In this document: piece by piece, positions 48,530 to 59,694 of the stretch
Layout: every line of letters begins with the position of its first letter
Position numbering within the stretch: the first letter of the stretch is position 1
Origin: Ferrovibrio terrae
Lineage (GTDB): Bacteria; Pseudomonadota; Alphaproteobacteria; Ferrovibrionales; Ferrovibrionaceae
Assembly (NCBI RefSeq): GCF_943372915.1
Contig: NZ_CALSAN010000010.1
Coordinates: forward strand, 68,891 to 132,890
Length of the DNA stretch: 64,000 bases
Direction: 5' to 3'
The notes under the pieces: generated by a model
What the model saw: only the letters and a program-made list of their open reading frames with translations
Database searches by the model: none
What the model was told of the DNA's origin: nothing
Program-made: the position numbers and the translations under genes

Positions 48530-48832
48530 ATGAATTTGACGCCCCGCGAGAAGGACAAGTTGCTGGTCGCCATGGCGGCCGTGGTCGCCCGCCGCCGGCT
48601 TGAGCGCGGGGTCAAGCTCAATCACCCGGAGGCGATTGCGCTGATCACCGACTATGTGGTCGAAGGCGCCCGCGACGGCCGCTCGGTGGCCGAGTTGATG
48701 CGCGATGGCGGCACTGTCATCACCCGGGCGCAGGTGATGGAGGGTGTGGCCGAGATGATCCACGAAATCCAGGTCGAGGCCACCTTCCCGGACGGCACCA
48801 AGCTGGTGACCGTCCATAACCCGATCCGCTGA
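48530..48832 (+). CDS. ureA: Urease subunit gamma
   Basis: [35 protein letters not shown]. Confidence 0.97.
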   Translation: MNLTPREKDKLLVAMAAVVARRRLERGVKLNHPEAIALITDYVVEGARDGRSVAELMRDGGTVITRAQVMEGVAEMIHEIQVEATFPDGTKLVTVHNPIR

Positions 48833-48841
48833 GGGGTGTCC

Positions 48842-49147
48842 ATGATTCCCGGTGAAATCATCACAGGCGACGGCGAGATCGAACTCAATGCCGGCCGGCC
48901 CACCATCACGCTGGAGATCGCCAATACCGGCGACCGGCCGATCCAGGTCGGCAGCCACTACCATTTCTTCGAGACCAATCCGGCGCTGAAATTTGATCGC
49001 GCCAAGGCGCGTGGCATGCGGCTGGATATTCCCGCCGGCACCGCTGTTCGTTTTGAACCCGGGCAAACGCGGACCGTCAATCTGGTATCCTATGCCGGCA
49101 AGCGTGAGGTCTATGGCTTCCGCGCCGACATCATGGGCAAGCTGTAA
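48842..49147 (+). CDS. ureB: Urease subunit beta
   Basis: [35 protein letters not shown]. Confidence 0.97.
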   Translation: MIPGEIITGDGEIELNAGRPTITLEIANTGDRPIQVGSHYHFFETNPALKFDRAKARGMRLDIPAGTAVRFEPGQTRTVNLVSYAGKREVYGFRADIMGKL

Positions 49148-49161
49148 GAGGGGATGTAGAG

Positions 49162-50925
<1,764 letters not shown>

Positions 50926-50928
50926 GCG

Positions 50929-51504
50929 ATGTTGCGCGCCGCCGCCGTGATTCCTGCGGGCCGCTGGCCCGCCTCCGAACGCCGCGCCACGGTGACGCTG
51001 GCGCATCATGACCGCCATCGCCGCCGCATCCGGCTCACCGCCGATGATGGCAGCGCCTTCCTGCTCGATCTGGCCGAGGCCACCGTGCTGCGCCATGGCG
51101 ACGGGCTGCAGCTCGACAACGGCGCCGGCTATATCGAGGTGCAGGCCGCACCCGAGCAGTTGATCGAGGTCTCGGCGCCGACGCCCGAATTGCTGGCGCG
51201 ACTGGCCTGGCATCTGGGCAACCGTCATCTGCCGGCCGAAATCCGTGGCGACCGCATCCTGATCCGCGACGACCATGTCATTGTCGATATGCTGAAAGGC
51301 CTCGGCGCCAGCGTGGCGGCCGTCAACGCGCCCTTCGATCCCGAGGGCGGTGCCTACGGCCAGCATAACCACGATCCGTCACATCCCTATGGCCTCGGCT
51401 CGCGCTACGGCAAGGGCGGCGAACGTGTTCATGGCCATGGGCATGAACATGCGCATGGTCATCACCACCATCATGATGATGACGACCACGGGCACCATCA
51501 CTGA
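50929..51504 (+). CDS. ureE: Urease accessory protein UreE with His-rich tail
   Basis: RHRRRIRL, AWHLGNRH, FDPEGGAY, tail HGHGHEHAHGHHHHHDDDDHGHHH. Confidence 0.93.
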   Translation: MLRAAAVIPAGRWPASERRATVTLAHHDRHRRRIRLTADDGSAFLLDLAEATVLRHGDGLQLDNGAGYIEVQAAPEQLIEVSAPTPELLARLAWHLGNRHLPAEIRGDRILIRDDHVIVDMLKGLGASVAAVNAPFDPEGGAYGQHNHDPSHPYGLGSRYGKGGERVHGHGHEHAHGHHHHHDDDDHGHHH

Positions 51505-51525
51505 TCGGCGGAAACGGGTGGTGGA

Positions 51526-53361
51526 TCAGTCGAGTTCGAAGTTGTTCTTGTAATCCAGCCTCAGGGCCGGATTCTGAACTTCCTTGCGCAACAGGCAATT
51601 GCCCACCACCAGCACCTCGATCTCCGAGCCCATGAAGCAGCGGAAGGCGTCTTCCGGGGTGCAGACGATCGGCTCGCCACGCACGTTGAAGCTGGTGTTG
51701 ACCAGCACTGGACAGCCGGTGGCGGCCTTGAAGGCCGAGATCAGGCGGTGGAAGCGCGGATTGGTGTCTGCATGCACGGTTTGCAGCCGTGCTGAATAGT
51801 CGACATGGGTAACGGCTGGTATGTCGGACCGCGGTACGTTCAGCTTGTCGATGCCGAACAACTGCTCCTCGGCGGCGGTCATCTGGCGCCGGCGTTCCTT
51901 TCGGATCGGCGCTACCATCAGCATGTAGGGCGAATCTTCTCCGAACTCGAACCAGTCGGACAGATCCTCGCGCAGCACTGCCGGAGCGAACGGGCGGAAG
52001 CTTTCGCGATACTTCACTTTCAGATTGAGGGTCTTCTGCATCGCAGGCGAACGCGGATCACCCAGGATCGAGCGGTTGCCCAATGCGCGCGGGCCGAATT
52101 CCATGCGACCCTGGAACCAGCCCACGGCCTTGCCGTCGGCGAGGTCAGCCGCCACCGTGCTGAACAGGCTGTCATCGTCGGGTGTGGTGAAGATGGCGCC
52201 GGCATTGCGCAGGCGGGTTTCGATGTCGTCCTGTGCATAGCTGGGGCCCAGATAGCTGCCGACAATATGGTCGCGGCCACTCAGCGGCAGCCGCGGCTTG
52301 CCGTAATGCTGGTGCCAAGCGGCAAGCGCGGCGCCCACCGATCCACCGGCATCACCTGCCGCCGGCTGTACCCAGATATTCTCGAACACCCCCTCGCGTG
52401 CCAGCAGGCCGTTGGCGACGCAATTGAGTGCAACGCCGCCGGCCAGGCAAAGATTCTTGGCGCCGGTCTCACGCTGCACGTTGCGCGCCAGTTTTAGCAC
52501 AACCTCTTCGGTCACCGCCTGGATCGAGGCGGCGAGGTCCATATGGCGCTGGTCGAGCCGCTCTTCCGGCTTGCGCGGCGGGCCGCCGAACAGCGCATCG
52601 AAGCGCGCATTGGTCATGGTCAGGCCGGTACAGTAGTTGAAATACCGCATGTCGAGCCGGAACGAGCCATCGTCCTTGATGTCGATCAGGTGATCACGGA
52701 TCAGCTTGGCGTATTTCGGCTCACCATAGGGCGCCAGACCCATCACCTTGTATTCGCCGGAATTGACCTTGAAGCCGGTGTAATAGGTGAAGGCGGAATA
52801 CAGCAGCCCGAGAGAATGCGGGAAGTGGATTTCCTTGATGATATGCAGGTCGCTGCCGCGGCCATAAGCCAGCGAGGAGGTGGTCCATTCGCCGACGCCG
52901 TCCATGGTCAGCACAGCGGCATCTTCAAAGGGCGAGGGGAAATAGGCGCTGGCGGCGTGGCTGTAATGGTGTTCGGAGAACAGCAGCTTCTTGCGCCATT
53001 CCACGTCGGGCCCGATCGCCTTCAGTTCGGCGTCGAGCAGGCGGCGCTGGAAGAATTTCTCGCCCAGCCACAGCGGCATCGCTTGGCGGAACGAGCTGAA
53101 GCCGCGTGGCGCGAAAGCCAGATAGGTTTCGATCAGGCGTTCGAATTTCAAGAACGGCTTGTCGTAGAAGGCGACATGATCGATCTGATCGGGCGTAATG
53201 CCGGCTTCGGCCAGGCAATAACGCACGGCATGGCCAGGAAACCCTGAGTCATGCTTCTTGCGGGTGAAACGCTCTTCCTGGGCGGCGGCGACAATGCGGC
53301 CGTCATGCAGCAACGCGGCCGCGCTGTCATGGTAGAACGCAGAAAGGCCCAGGATATACAT
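51526..53361 (-). CDS. NodU/CmcH/TobZ-family O-carbamoyltransferase (SxtI-like)
   Basis: YHDSAAA, HHYSHAASAY, DGVGE, YKVMGLAPYG, GGVALNC, GDAGG, EFGPRALGNRS, FRPFAP, NTSFN. Confidence 0.93.
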   Translation of the reverse strand: MYILGLSAFYHDSAAALLHDGRIVAAAQEERFTRKKHDSGFPGHAVRYCLAEAGITPDQIDHVAFYDKPFLKFERLIETYLAFAPRGFSSFRQAMPLWLGEKFFQRRLLDAELKAIGPDVEWRKKLLFSEHHYSHAASAYFPSPFEDAAVLTMDGVGEWTTSSLAYGRGSDLHIIKEIHFPHSLGLLYSAFTYYTGFKVNSGEYKVMGLAPYGEPKYAKLIRDHLIDIKDDGSFRLDMRYFNYCTGLTMTNARFDALFGGPPRKPEERLDQRHMDLAASIQAVTEEVVLKLARNVQRETGAKNLCLAGGVALNCVANGLLAREGVFENIWVQPAAGDAGGSVGAALAAWHQHYGKPRLPLSGRDHIVGSYLGPSYAQDDIETRLRNAGAIFTTPDDDSLFSTVAADLADGKAVGWFQGRMEFGPRALGNRSILGDPRSPAMQKTLNLKVKYRESFRPFAPAVLREDLSDWFEFGEDSPYMLMVAPIRKERRRQMTAAEEQLFGIDKLNVPRSDIPAVTHVDYSARLQTVHADTNPRFHRLISAFKAATGCPVLVNTSFNVRGEPIVCTPEDAFRCFMGSEIEVLVVGNCLLRKEVQNPALRLDYKNNFELD

Positions 53362-53367
53362 GCCGGA

Positions 53368-53517
53368 TCAGAACAGGGCGTAGATGAACGGCGCCACGAC
53401 GCTGCCTTTGGCCGCGATGATCAGGCCGCCGAAGATCAGGCAAATCAGCAGCAGCGGCGCCAGCCAATACTTCTTGCGGGTGCGGATGTAGGACCAGAAT
53501 TCGGCGAGAAATTCCAT
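53368..53517 (-). CDS. DUF5989/SxtK-like small membrane protein (49 aa)
   Basis: Manual translation MEFLAEFWSYIRTRKKYWLAPLLLICLIFGGLIIAAKGSVVAPFIYALF; RKKxWLxP and APFIYxLF are family hallmarks. Below the ORF-track cutoff. Confidence 0.85.
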   Translation of the reverse strand: MEFLAEFWSYIRTRKKYWLAPLLLICLIFGGLIIAAKGSVVAPFIYALF

Positions 53518-53521
53518 GCGA

Positions 53522-53950
53522 TCAAAATCCGAATTTCATTGAATCTTTGGCAGGTGCTGGCTGTTCACGGGCAATCCAGTAGGTCGTCGCCTTGTGGTCG
53601 AAACCCATCTTGATCGGGAGCTTCCCGAGCAGCCGCATCACCAGGTTGGCCGGCAGGAACAGGCCGAAGAAGATCAGGCCCATCAGCAGCGGCGAGGTGA
53701 CATGGTGCAGCAGGCCGCCCAATTTCATCCAGCCGGCAAGCGGCCAGCGCAGTAGGGCCGGCAGCGCCAGGGCGATGAGCAGCAGCAGACCGGCGACAAC
53801 CAGGCACCACAGCACCGGCGCAGCGCCGTGCAGCAGCGGCAGGAGGCCGAAGCCGGCGAACACCACGCCCAGAAGAATACCGAATTGCCGCTCTTTGCCC
53901 ACGTTGCCTACCTTTCCGGCGATGCCGGCTGTCGGGGGCGTTGATAGCAC
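53522..53950 (-). CDS. SxtJ-family membrane protein
   Basis: ERQFG, WMKLGGLL..VTSPLLMGLIFF, C-terminal TTYWIARE..MKFGF. Confidence 0.8.
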   Translation of the reverse strand: MLSTPPTAGIAGKVGNVGKERQFGILLGVVFAGFGLLPLLHGAAPVLWCLVVAGLLLLIALALPALLRWPLAGWMKLGGLLHHVTSPLLMGLIFFGLFLPANLVMRLLGKLPIKMGFDHKATTYWIAREQPAPAKDSMKFGF

Positions 53951-53956
53951 CGAAAA

Positions 53957-55300
53957 CTAGCGCTGCACAACCGATGACAGGATCTCGGCGGTCAGGCGGT
54001 TGCCTGCCGGCGTGAAATGCCCGCCGCCGCTGCCAAAGGCATACAGGGCTCTGTAATCTGGGGTTTTCTGGAATTCCGGCTTCAGATCCAGATAGCGCAG
54101 TCCGGCGGCCGCTACCCGGGCGCGGGTTTCACGCTCCAGCGCGTCGTCGCCGCTTTTACCGATCTGCTGGACGGCAGGAATGTTAACAATCACCAGTTCC
54201 GCCCCCATGGTACGCACGGTGTCGCGTGCGCGCTCCAGACTGCGCTGGAACAGCGGAAAATCGGTATCCTCCACCGTGTTGCGGGCCAGACCGAAGGCGC
54301 TCCGCAGGGCATAGAGTCGCAGGCTGCGCAGCAGGAATTTCGGCTGGGTGATGTAGCGGCTAAAATTCCGCTTGGCTGGTGCCGGCGGATAGGCTTCGTC
54401 TTCCAGCTTGCGCAGAGCAGTGCCGATCTCGGCGCTACGGCCGGCCAGGTTCTGGCGGTAGTCCGGCTGCTCGACATATCGGATCGGCAGCGGCATCGCC
54501 TTCAACTGCATCAGGCCGCTCAGGTCGTTGCCGGCGAAGTGCATCCAGAATACATAGCGGGCCCGCTTGTTGCTGGCGTATTCGACGATACTTGCCAGGT
54601 TGAGCAGGGGCTCGTTGCCGCCGATACCGATGTTGAGCACCCGCAGGCCCTGCTGGCGCAGGATGGCGGCAAACCCGCCGGTCACGGCGTCGCATTCTCC
54701 GAAGGTGTAGGAATCGCCGACGATGACGGCATCATAGGGTTCGGTTTCGTCCCATACCGCGTCAGGATTGTTGAAGCCGTGTCGGTCGGCCTGCACCACT
54801 AGCCAGGGGCCGAATTCGTTGCAGGTCACGACGGTGGCGCCGGGCACCGTGCCGATCGGCAGCAGTCTGGCATCGCTGATCATGCGGATGAACGGCACCG
54901 CGTCTTTGCCCTCGCGGCGCAGATCCGCCACCACCTCAGCCTTGCTGCGGGTATCGAGCGGATAGCCCAGATTGCGTGCCGCATCCACGATCTTGGCATT
55001 GCGGTCGAATTCGAAATTCTGCAGATAGATCTCGCTGGCCAGCAGGCCAATATAGCCGGCCACCAGCATGAGCAGGCAGAATAGCTGATCGATGCGCGGA
55101 TGCAGGGCGCAGAGCGCCAGAATCACCGCGATTGCCAGCAGGGGCAGCAAGTAATACAGCGCTGCCTCTGTCCAGGCTGCCGCATCCTGCAGACTGCCCC
55201 AACGATTGCCGAGGGCGTACAGCATGGTCAGCACGGTCGCCGCGGCGCCAAGCAGAAGTAGGCGCTGAGCGACGCCTTGGATCGAAGCAAACGGTTTCAT
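53957..55300 (-). CDS. Membrane-anchored SGNH/GDSL hydrolase-like protein
   Basis: Three N-terminal TM helices, VGDSYTFG, NIGIGG, AGNDL, GGHFTPAGN. Confidence 0.7.
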   Translation of the reverse strand: MKPFASIQGVAQRLLLLGAAATVLTMLYALGNRWGSLQDAAAWTEAALYYLLPLLAIAVILALCALHPRIDQLFCLLMLVAGYIGLLASEIYLQNFEFDRNAKIVDAARNLGYPLDTRSKAEVVADLRREGKDAVPFIRMISDARLLPIGTVPGATVVTCNEFGPWLVVQADRHGFNNPDAVWDETEPYDAVIVGDSYTFGECDAVTGGFAAILRQQGLRVLNIGIGGNEPLLNLASIVEYASNKRARYVFWMHFAGNDLSGLMQLKAMPLPIRYVEQPDYRQNLAGRSAEIGTALRKLEDEAYPPAPAKRNFSRYITQPKFLLRSLRLYALRSAFGLARNTVEDTDFPLFQRSLERARDTVRTMGAELVIVNIPAVQQIGKSGDDALERETRARVAAAGLRYLDLKPEFQKTPDYRALYAFGSGGGHFTPAGNRLTAEILSSVVQR

Positions 55301-55448
55301 GGAGCGAGAGCTGGATTGAAGATTTGCTCATTTTTGCAGGCGAACCTGGAAAAAACAATAGCGGGGCAGTCTAGCACGCGCCGCGCAGGTGTGGGAAATT
55401 GGCACAAGATTCGGAGTTTGGCAGGCATATGATCAATACGGGGTGGAT

Positions 55449-56150
55449 GTGAGTAGCAGCACGACGCGCGATCTCTACCGCCTGCTGGCCTGGTTCTCGC
55501 CGAGCTACCCGATCGGCGCCTTTTCCTACAGCCATGGCATCGAATTCGCAGTCGAAAGCGGCCGGGTCACCGATCTTGCCACCCTCGTCCAGTGGATCGG
55601 CCATATCCTGCGCCATGGCGCCGGCTGGGTCGATGCCGTGCTGCTGAAAGAGGCGTATGCCGCCGCCGAAGACACCGCCCGGCTCGATGACCTGGCCGAT
55701 CTGGCAGCTGCCTGGCGCGGCAGTGCCGAAATGGCGCTGGAAAGCTGCCAGCAGGGCGGTTCCTACCTCAGTGTCACCCGCACCGCCTGGGACCGGAAAG
55801 ACAGCGGGCCATCCAGACTCGATGCCCTGGCGGCCATCCGCAGCGACAAGCCGGTGCCGCTGTGTATCGCGGTCGGGGTCGCCGCTGCCGATCATGGCCT
55901 GGCGATCGAGGCCGTACTGGCTGCCTATCTGCATGCCTTTGCCGCCAACCTGGTCTCGGCCGCCGTGCGCCTGATCCCGCTCGGCCAGACTGATGGCCAG
56001 CGTGCGCTCAGCCAGCTGATGCCGGTGGTGGACAGCGTGGTGCCCTGCGCACGCGCCTGTGCGCTGGAGGATTGCGGCACGGCCTCGCCGATGGTCGATC
56101 TTATGTCTATGATGCACGAAACCCAGTATACGAGGCTGTTCCGCTCATGA
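55449..56150 (+). CDS. ureF: Urease accessory protein UreF
   Basis: [46 protein letters not shown]; probable GTG start. Confidence 0.93.
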   Translation: MSSSTTRDLYRLLAWFSPSYPIGAFSYSHGIEFAVESGRVTDLATLVQWIGHILRHGAGWVDAVLLKEAYAAAEDTARLDDLADLAAAWRGSAEMALESCQQGGSYLSVTRTAWDRKDSGPSRLDALAAIRSDKPVPLCIAVGVAAADHGLAIEAVLAAYLHAFAANLVSAAVRLIPLGQTDGQRALSQLMPVVDSVVPCARACALEDCGTASPMVDLMSMMHETQYTRLFRS

Positions 56151-56773
56151 GTGCGAATCCCCCCAGCAGCAATCCCCTGCGCGTCGGTATCGGCGGCCCG
56201 GTCGGCTCGGGCAAGACCGCGCTGGTCGAACGGCTCTGCCGATACTTACGCGACGATTGGAACATTGCCGTCGTCACCAACGACATCTACACCAAGGAAG
56301 ATGCCGAATTCCTCACCCGGGCCGGCGCGCTCGATCCGACCCGTATCGCCGGCGTCGAGACCGGCGGCTGCCCGCATACGGCGATCCGCGAGGATGCCTC
56401 GATCAACCTCGCCGCGGTCGCCGACATGCAGAAGCGCTTCCCTGGCCTCGATGTGATCTTCGTCGAATCCGGTGGCGACAACCTGGCCGCCACCTTCTCG
56501 CCGGAACTCGCCGATATCACCATCTATGTGATCGACGTTTCGGCCGGCGACAAGATTCCGCGCAAGGGCGGACCTGGTATCACGCGCTCGGATCTGCTGG
56601 TGATCAACAAGATCGATCTCGCCCCGCTGGTCGGCGCCTCGCTGGAGGTGATGGACCGTGATTCCAGGAAGATGCGTGGCGCCCGGCCCTTCATCTTCGC
56701 CAACCTGAAGGCGGAGCAGGGCGTCGCCGAGATCGCCGATTTCATCCTGAAAAGTGGTGGGCTGAAGGAATAG
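56147..56773 (+). CDS. ureG: Urease accessory GTPase UreG
   Basis: [27 protein letters not shown]. Confidence 0.97.
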   Translation: MSANPPSSNPLRVGIGGPVGSGKTALVERLCRYLRDDWNIAVVTNDIYTKEDAEFLTRAGALDPTRIAGVETGGCPHTAIREDASINLAAVADMQKRFPGLDVIFVESGGDNLAATFSPELADITIYVIDVSAGDKIPRKGGPGITRSDLLVINKIDLAPLVGASLEVMDRDSRKMRGARPFIFANLKAEQGVAEIADFILKSGGLKE

Positions 56774-56776
56774 GCC

Positions 56777-57175
56777 ATGCTCGACCGGCTGCCTCCAGCC
56801 CTCGATCCACGCCGTCGCATGGCGCGACAGCCGTATTTTGCCTTCCATCTGGCGATGCTTCTGCTGCTCCTGCTGCTGTTCATTCTGCTCTACATTCTTG
56901 GGACACTGCTGCCGGGACTGGTCGATACTCTGGAAGAATCGTGGCTCTACGAGATCGTCGCCGGAGCCATCGGCCTGCTGCTTACTCTTCTAGGCCTCAC
57001 CGTGGTGGCACGGCGCTGCCACGATATCGGCTGGACCGGCTGGGCTGCGCTGCTGATTTTGATTCCTTTCCTCGGCACCGCCTTTTGGCTGGCCTTGTTT
57101 GTGATTCCGGGCACTCGTGGCCAGAATGCCTATGGACCTGACCCCCGGTTCGAGGGCGCCCCACCACCTGATTGA
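56777..57175 (+). CDS. DUF805 membrane protein
   Basis: ARRCHDIGWTGW, PGTRGQNAYGPDP. Confidence 0.82.
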   Translation: MLDRLPPALDPRRRMARQPYFAFHLAMLLLLLLLFILLYILGTLLPGLVDTLEESWLYEIVAGAIGLLLTLLGLTVVARRCHDIGWTGWAALLILIPFLGTAFWLALFVIPGTRGQNAYGPDPRFEGAPPPD

Positions 57176-57190
57176 CCTCAGAGGTAATTG
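57171..57190. promoter_or_regulatory. Operator/promoter motif ATTGAC-N7-GTAATTG, copy 1
   Basis: Same flanks as copy 2 at 58080-58099; upstream of the XRE regulator. Confidence 0.6.
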
Positions 57191-57223
57191 TCGGCTTTAC
57201 CGCCCGGGCGTAAGCTCCAGGCC

Positions 57224-58069
57224 ATGAACGGCATGATGGCTTTCGCACCAGCGCGGCAGGCCCGCCCGCAATTCCCCGACCTGCTGCGCCACTGGCGCAG
57301 TGAACGGCGCATGAGCCAGCTGGGTCTGGCCACCGAAGCCGGCATCTCCGCGCGCCATCTCTGCTTCCTGGAAAAGGGCCGCTCACAGCCGAGCCGCGAG
57401 ATGGTCGTGCTGCTGGCCCAGGTGCTCGATATCCCGCTCGCCGGGCAGAATGCCCTGCTGGTTGCCGCCGGCTTCGCGCCACTGTTTCACGAAACCGGCC
57501 TCGATGCGCCCGAACTCGCCTCGGTGCAGCAGGCGCTGGACGCCATGCTGGCACAGCAGGAGCCATTCCCCGCTCTGGTGGTCGACGAGGCCTGGGAGGT
57601 GCGCCAGCGCAACGCCGCCGCCGGCCGCATCCTCGGCGCGCTGCGCCCGCATTACGATGTCCCGGAGCGGCTCGCCCATAATGCCATGCATGTCATGTGT
57701 CATCCCGGCGGCATGCGGCCGTTCATGCCGAACTGGGCGGACTTCGTCGCCGCCTATCTGCAGGTGCTGCATCGCGAGGCCACCCAGGGCCTGAGCCAGA
57801 CAGCGGCAAGGCTGCGCGACGAGCTGCTGTACTACCCCGATATGCCGGCGGCATTTGCAGCGCCGAAAGCCGATCATCCGATGGTGCCGATGCATCTGCG
57901 CATCGGCCGGCATGAGCTGTCCTTCTTCGTCACGCTCACCACCTTCGCCATGCCGCGCGATGTCACGCTGCAGCAGATCAAGATCGAATGTTTCTTCCCC
58001 GCCGATGCCATGACCGCGGCGCTGGCGCGTGCGCTGGCGGCGCAGCCAGAGCTTTCGCTGTTCGACTGA
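57224..58069 (+). CDS. XRE-family HTH regulator with MmyB-like ligand-binding domain
   Basis: LRHWRSERRMSQLGLATEAGISARHLCFLEKGRSQPSR, QEPFPALVVD, FVTLTTF, IECFFPAD. Start uncertain. Confidence 0.85.
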   Translation: MNGMMAFAPARQARPQFPDLLRHWRSERRMSQLGLATEAGISARHLCFLEKGRSQPSREMVVLLAQVLDIPLAGQNALLVAAGFAPLFHETGLDAPELASVQQALDAMLAQQEPFPALVVDEAWEVRQRNAAAGRILGALRPHYDVPERLAHNAMHVMCHPGGMRPFMPNWADFVAAYLQVLHREATQGLSQTAARLRDELLYYPDMPAAFAAPKADHPMVPMHLRIGRHELSFFVTLTTFAMPRDVTLQQIKIECFFPADAMTAALARALAAQPELSLFD

Positions 58070-58079
58070 CCTGCCCTGA

Positions 58080-58099
58080 ATTGACGCCGCACGTAATTG
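58080..58099. promoter_or_regulatory. Operator/promoter motif ATTGAC-N7-GTAATTG, copy 2
   Basis: Upstream of the NTF2-like gene. Confidence 0.6.
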
Positions 58100-58134
58100 C
58101 CTGAAGGCACGGCAATGCGCGACACAGACCTCTC

Positions 58135-58647
58135 ATGAACCAGAGGGGTGCCATGTCCATGAATATCCAGCTCGCCAACAATCAGCCGATGAATGCGCCG
58201 CCGATGAGCTCTCTGGCTGCACTGCGCCGGCTGAACGCCACCTTCATCCATAATTTCGTCACCAATGATGTGGTGTCGCATTCGGCCATCATTCACCCGC
58301 GCTTCGTCTGCATCATGCCCGATGGCAGCCGCATGTATCGTGCCGATTACCTGGCCTACTGGGCGACCGGCTTCGATCCGGACGTAATCACCTACTGGGA
58401 TTACCGCGACGAACGGATCGAGATTTTCGGCGATACAGCCCTTGTCAGCGCCACCACCTGCTACACGCGGCGCAAGGATGGCGTGGCCAAATCCGGCATG
58501 ACCTTCTACACCGATACGTATGTGCAGGAGAACGGCCTGTGGCAGTGTATCCAGGCGCAGCTGACATCCTTGCAGCCGGAATATTTCCCGCCGGACGATA
58601 CCGTGATTCGGCGCTATCACCGCGGCAAGCTGAAAGAGCAGGTCTGA
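58135..58647 (+). CDS. NTF2/SnoaL-like (DUF4440) protein
   Basis: IEIFGDTALV, YTDTYVQENGLWQCIQAQ. Start uncertain. Confidence 0.72.
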   Translation: MNQRGAMSMNIQLANNQPMNAPPMSSLAALRRLNATFIHNFVTNDVVSHSAIIHPRFVCIMPDGSRMYRADYLAYWATGFDPDVITYWDYRDERIEIFGDTALVSATTCYTRRKDGVAKSGMTFYTDTYVQENGLWQCIQAQLTSLQPEYFPPDDTVIRRYHRGKLKEQV

Positions 58648-58752
58648 CGGATTGCGGGTCTGACCCGGGCTGCCTGACCTGACAGGCCTGATCCGGATGG
58701 CTTGAAGCCGGCGCCGTCCCGCGCGTATCCTTCCATAAAACAGGGAGGACAC

Positions 58753-59421
58753 ATGCCGGACAAGGTGAGTGAAAAGACCGCCGAGCGTACCGCAGCGCTG
58801 GATGCCATTCTGACCCGCAGCCCGGTGATCCCGGTGCTGGTGGTGGAAGATGCGGCCCATGCCGTGCCGCTGGCCCGTGCCCTGGTGGCGGGCGGCCTCA
58901 GTGTGCTGGAAATCACCCTGCGCTCCAATGCGGCTCTGGAGGCGATCAAACGCATCGCTGCCGAGGTGCCGGATGCCGTCGTCGGTGCCGGCACGGTGCT
59001 CAATCCGGCACAGTTCGCCGCCGCCCAGCTGGCCGGCGCGCGCTTCGTCATCTCGCCCGGCGCCACCGATGCGCTGTATTTCACCGCCAAGGATACCGGC
59101 CTGCCCTATCTGCCGGCGGTGGCCACGGCGTCGGAGATCATGCGCGCGATGGAGCAGGGCTTCACCCGCGCCAAGTTCTTCCCCGCCGAGAGCAGCGGCG
59201 GCGTCGCCGCGCTGAAAAGCCTGAGCGGGCCGTTCCCGGAGATGAAATTCTGCCCCACCGGCGGCATCACCGAAGCCAACCTGCGCAGCTATACTGTTCT
59301 GCCCAATGTGTTTGCTGCCGGCGGTTCCTGGCTGGCGCCGAAAGACCTGCTGCAGAAGGCCGATTGGGCCGGCATCACCGCGCTGGCCAAAAAGGCCGTC
59401 TCCATCGCGAAAGGAAGCTGA
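58753..59421 (+). CDS. eda: KDPG/KHG aldolase
   Basis: VLEITLR, VGAGTV, FVISPG, KFFPAE, FCPTGGI. Confidence 0.93.
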   Translation: MPDKVSEKTAERTAALDAILTRSPVIPVLVVEDAAHAVPLARALVAGGLSVLEITLRSNAALEAIKRIAAEVPDAVVGAGTVLNPAQFAAAQLAGARFVISPGATDALYFTAKDTGLPYLPAVATASEIMRAMEQGFTRAKFFPAESSGGVAALKSLSGPFPEMKFCPTGGITEANLRSYTVLPNVFAAGGSWLAPKDLLQKADWAGITALAKKAVSIAKGS

Positions 59422-59422
59422 G

Positions 59423-59674
59423 ATGCTCGAACTGCGTCCGAACTGCGAATGCTGCAACCGTGACCTGGCACCTGATGCATCCGATGCCATGATCTGCACC
59501 TTTGAATGCACCTTCTGCCGGGCCTGTGCAGAGGGCACGCTGAACGGAACCTGCCCGAACTGCCGCGGCAATCTGGTAACGCGCCCGGTGCGGCCGGCGG
59601 CCATGCTGGCGAAATACCCGGCCTCGCAGAAGCGCGTCTTCAAGGCCGAGGGCTGCGCCGCAGCCGCCGAATAG
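59423..59674 (+). CDS. DUF1272 small Cys-rich protein
   Basis: [32 protein letters not shown]. Confidence 0.88.
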   Translation: MLELRPNCECCNRDLAPDASDAMICTFECTFCRACAEGTLNGTCPNCRGNLVTRPVRPAAMLAKYPASQKRVFKAEGCAAAAE

Positions 59675-59694
59675 CGGCGACGCAAAAGCAGGCC

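Noticed and set aside
51420-51504. His-rich UreE tail as a novelty
   Set aside because: Well-known nickel-storage feature of UreE proteins.
51526-55300. Saxitoxin biosynthesis
   Set aside because: Only tailoring-type families are present; no sxtA, sxtG or other core genes are in the window, and these families are widespread.
55400-55414. Sigma54 promoter for ureFG (TGGCAC-aagat-TCGG)
   Set aside because: The -24 element is good but the essential -12 GC is missing; at most a degenerate site.
58135-58647. AtzH-like carbamate-handling protein near urease
   Set aside because: The sequence looks like a generic DUF4440/NTF2 fold, and it has its own regulator and operator separate from the urease genes.
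58644-58695. Clustered CTGAC/CTGA words upstream of eda
   Set aside because: Irregular spacing and very short units; not distinguishable from chance.
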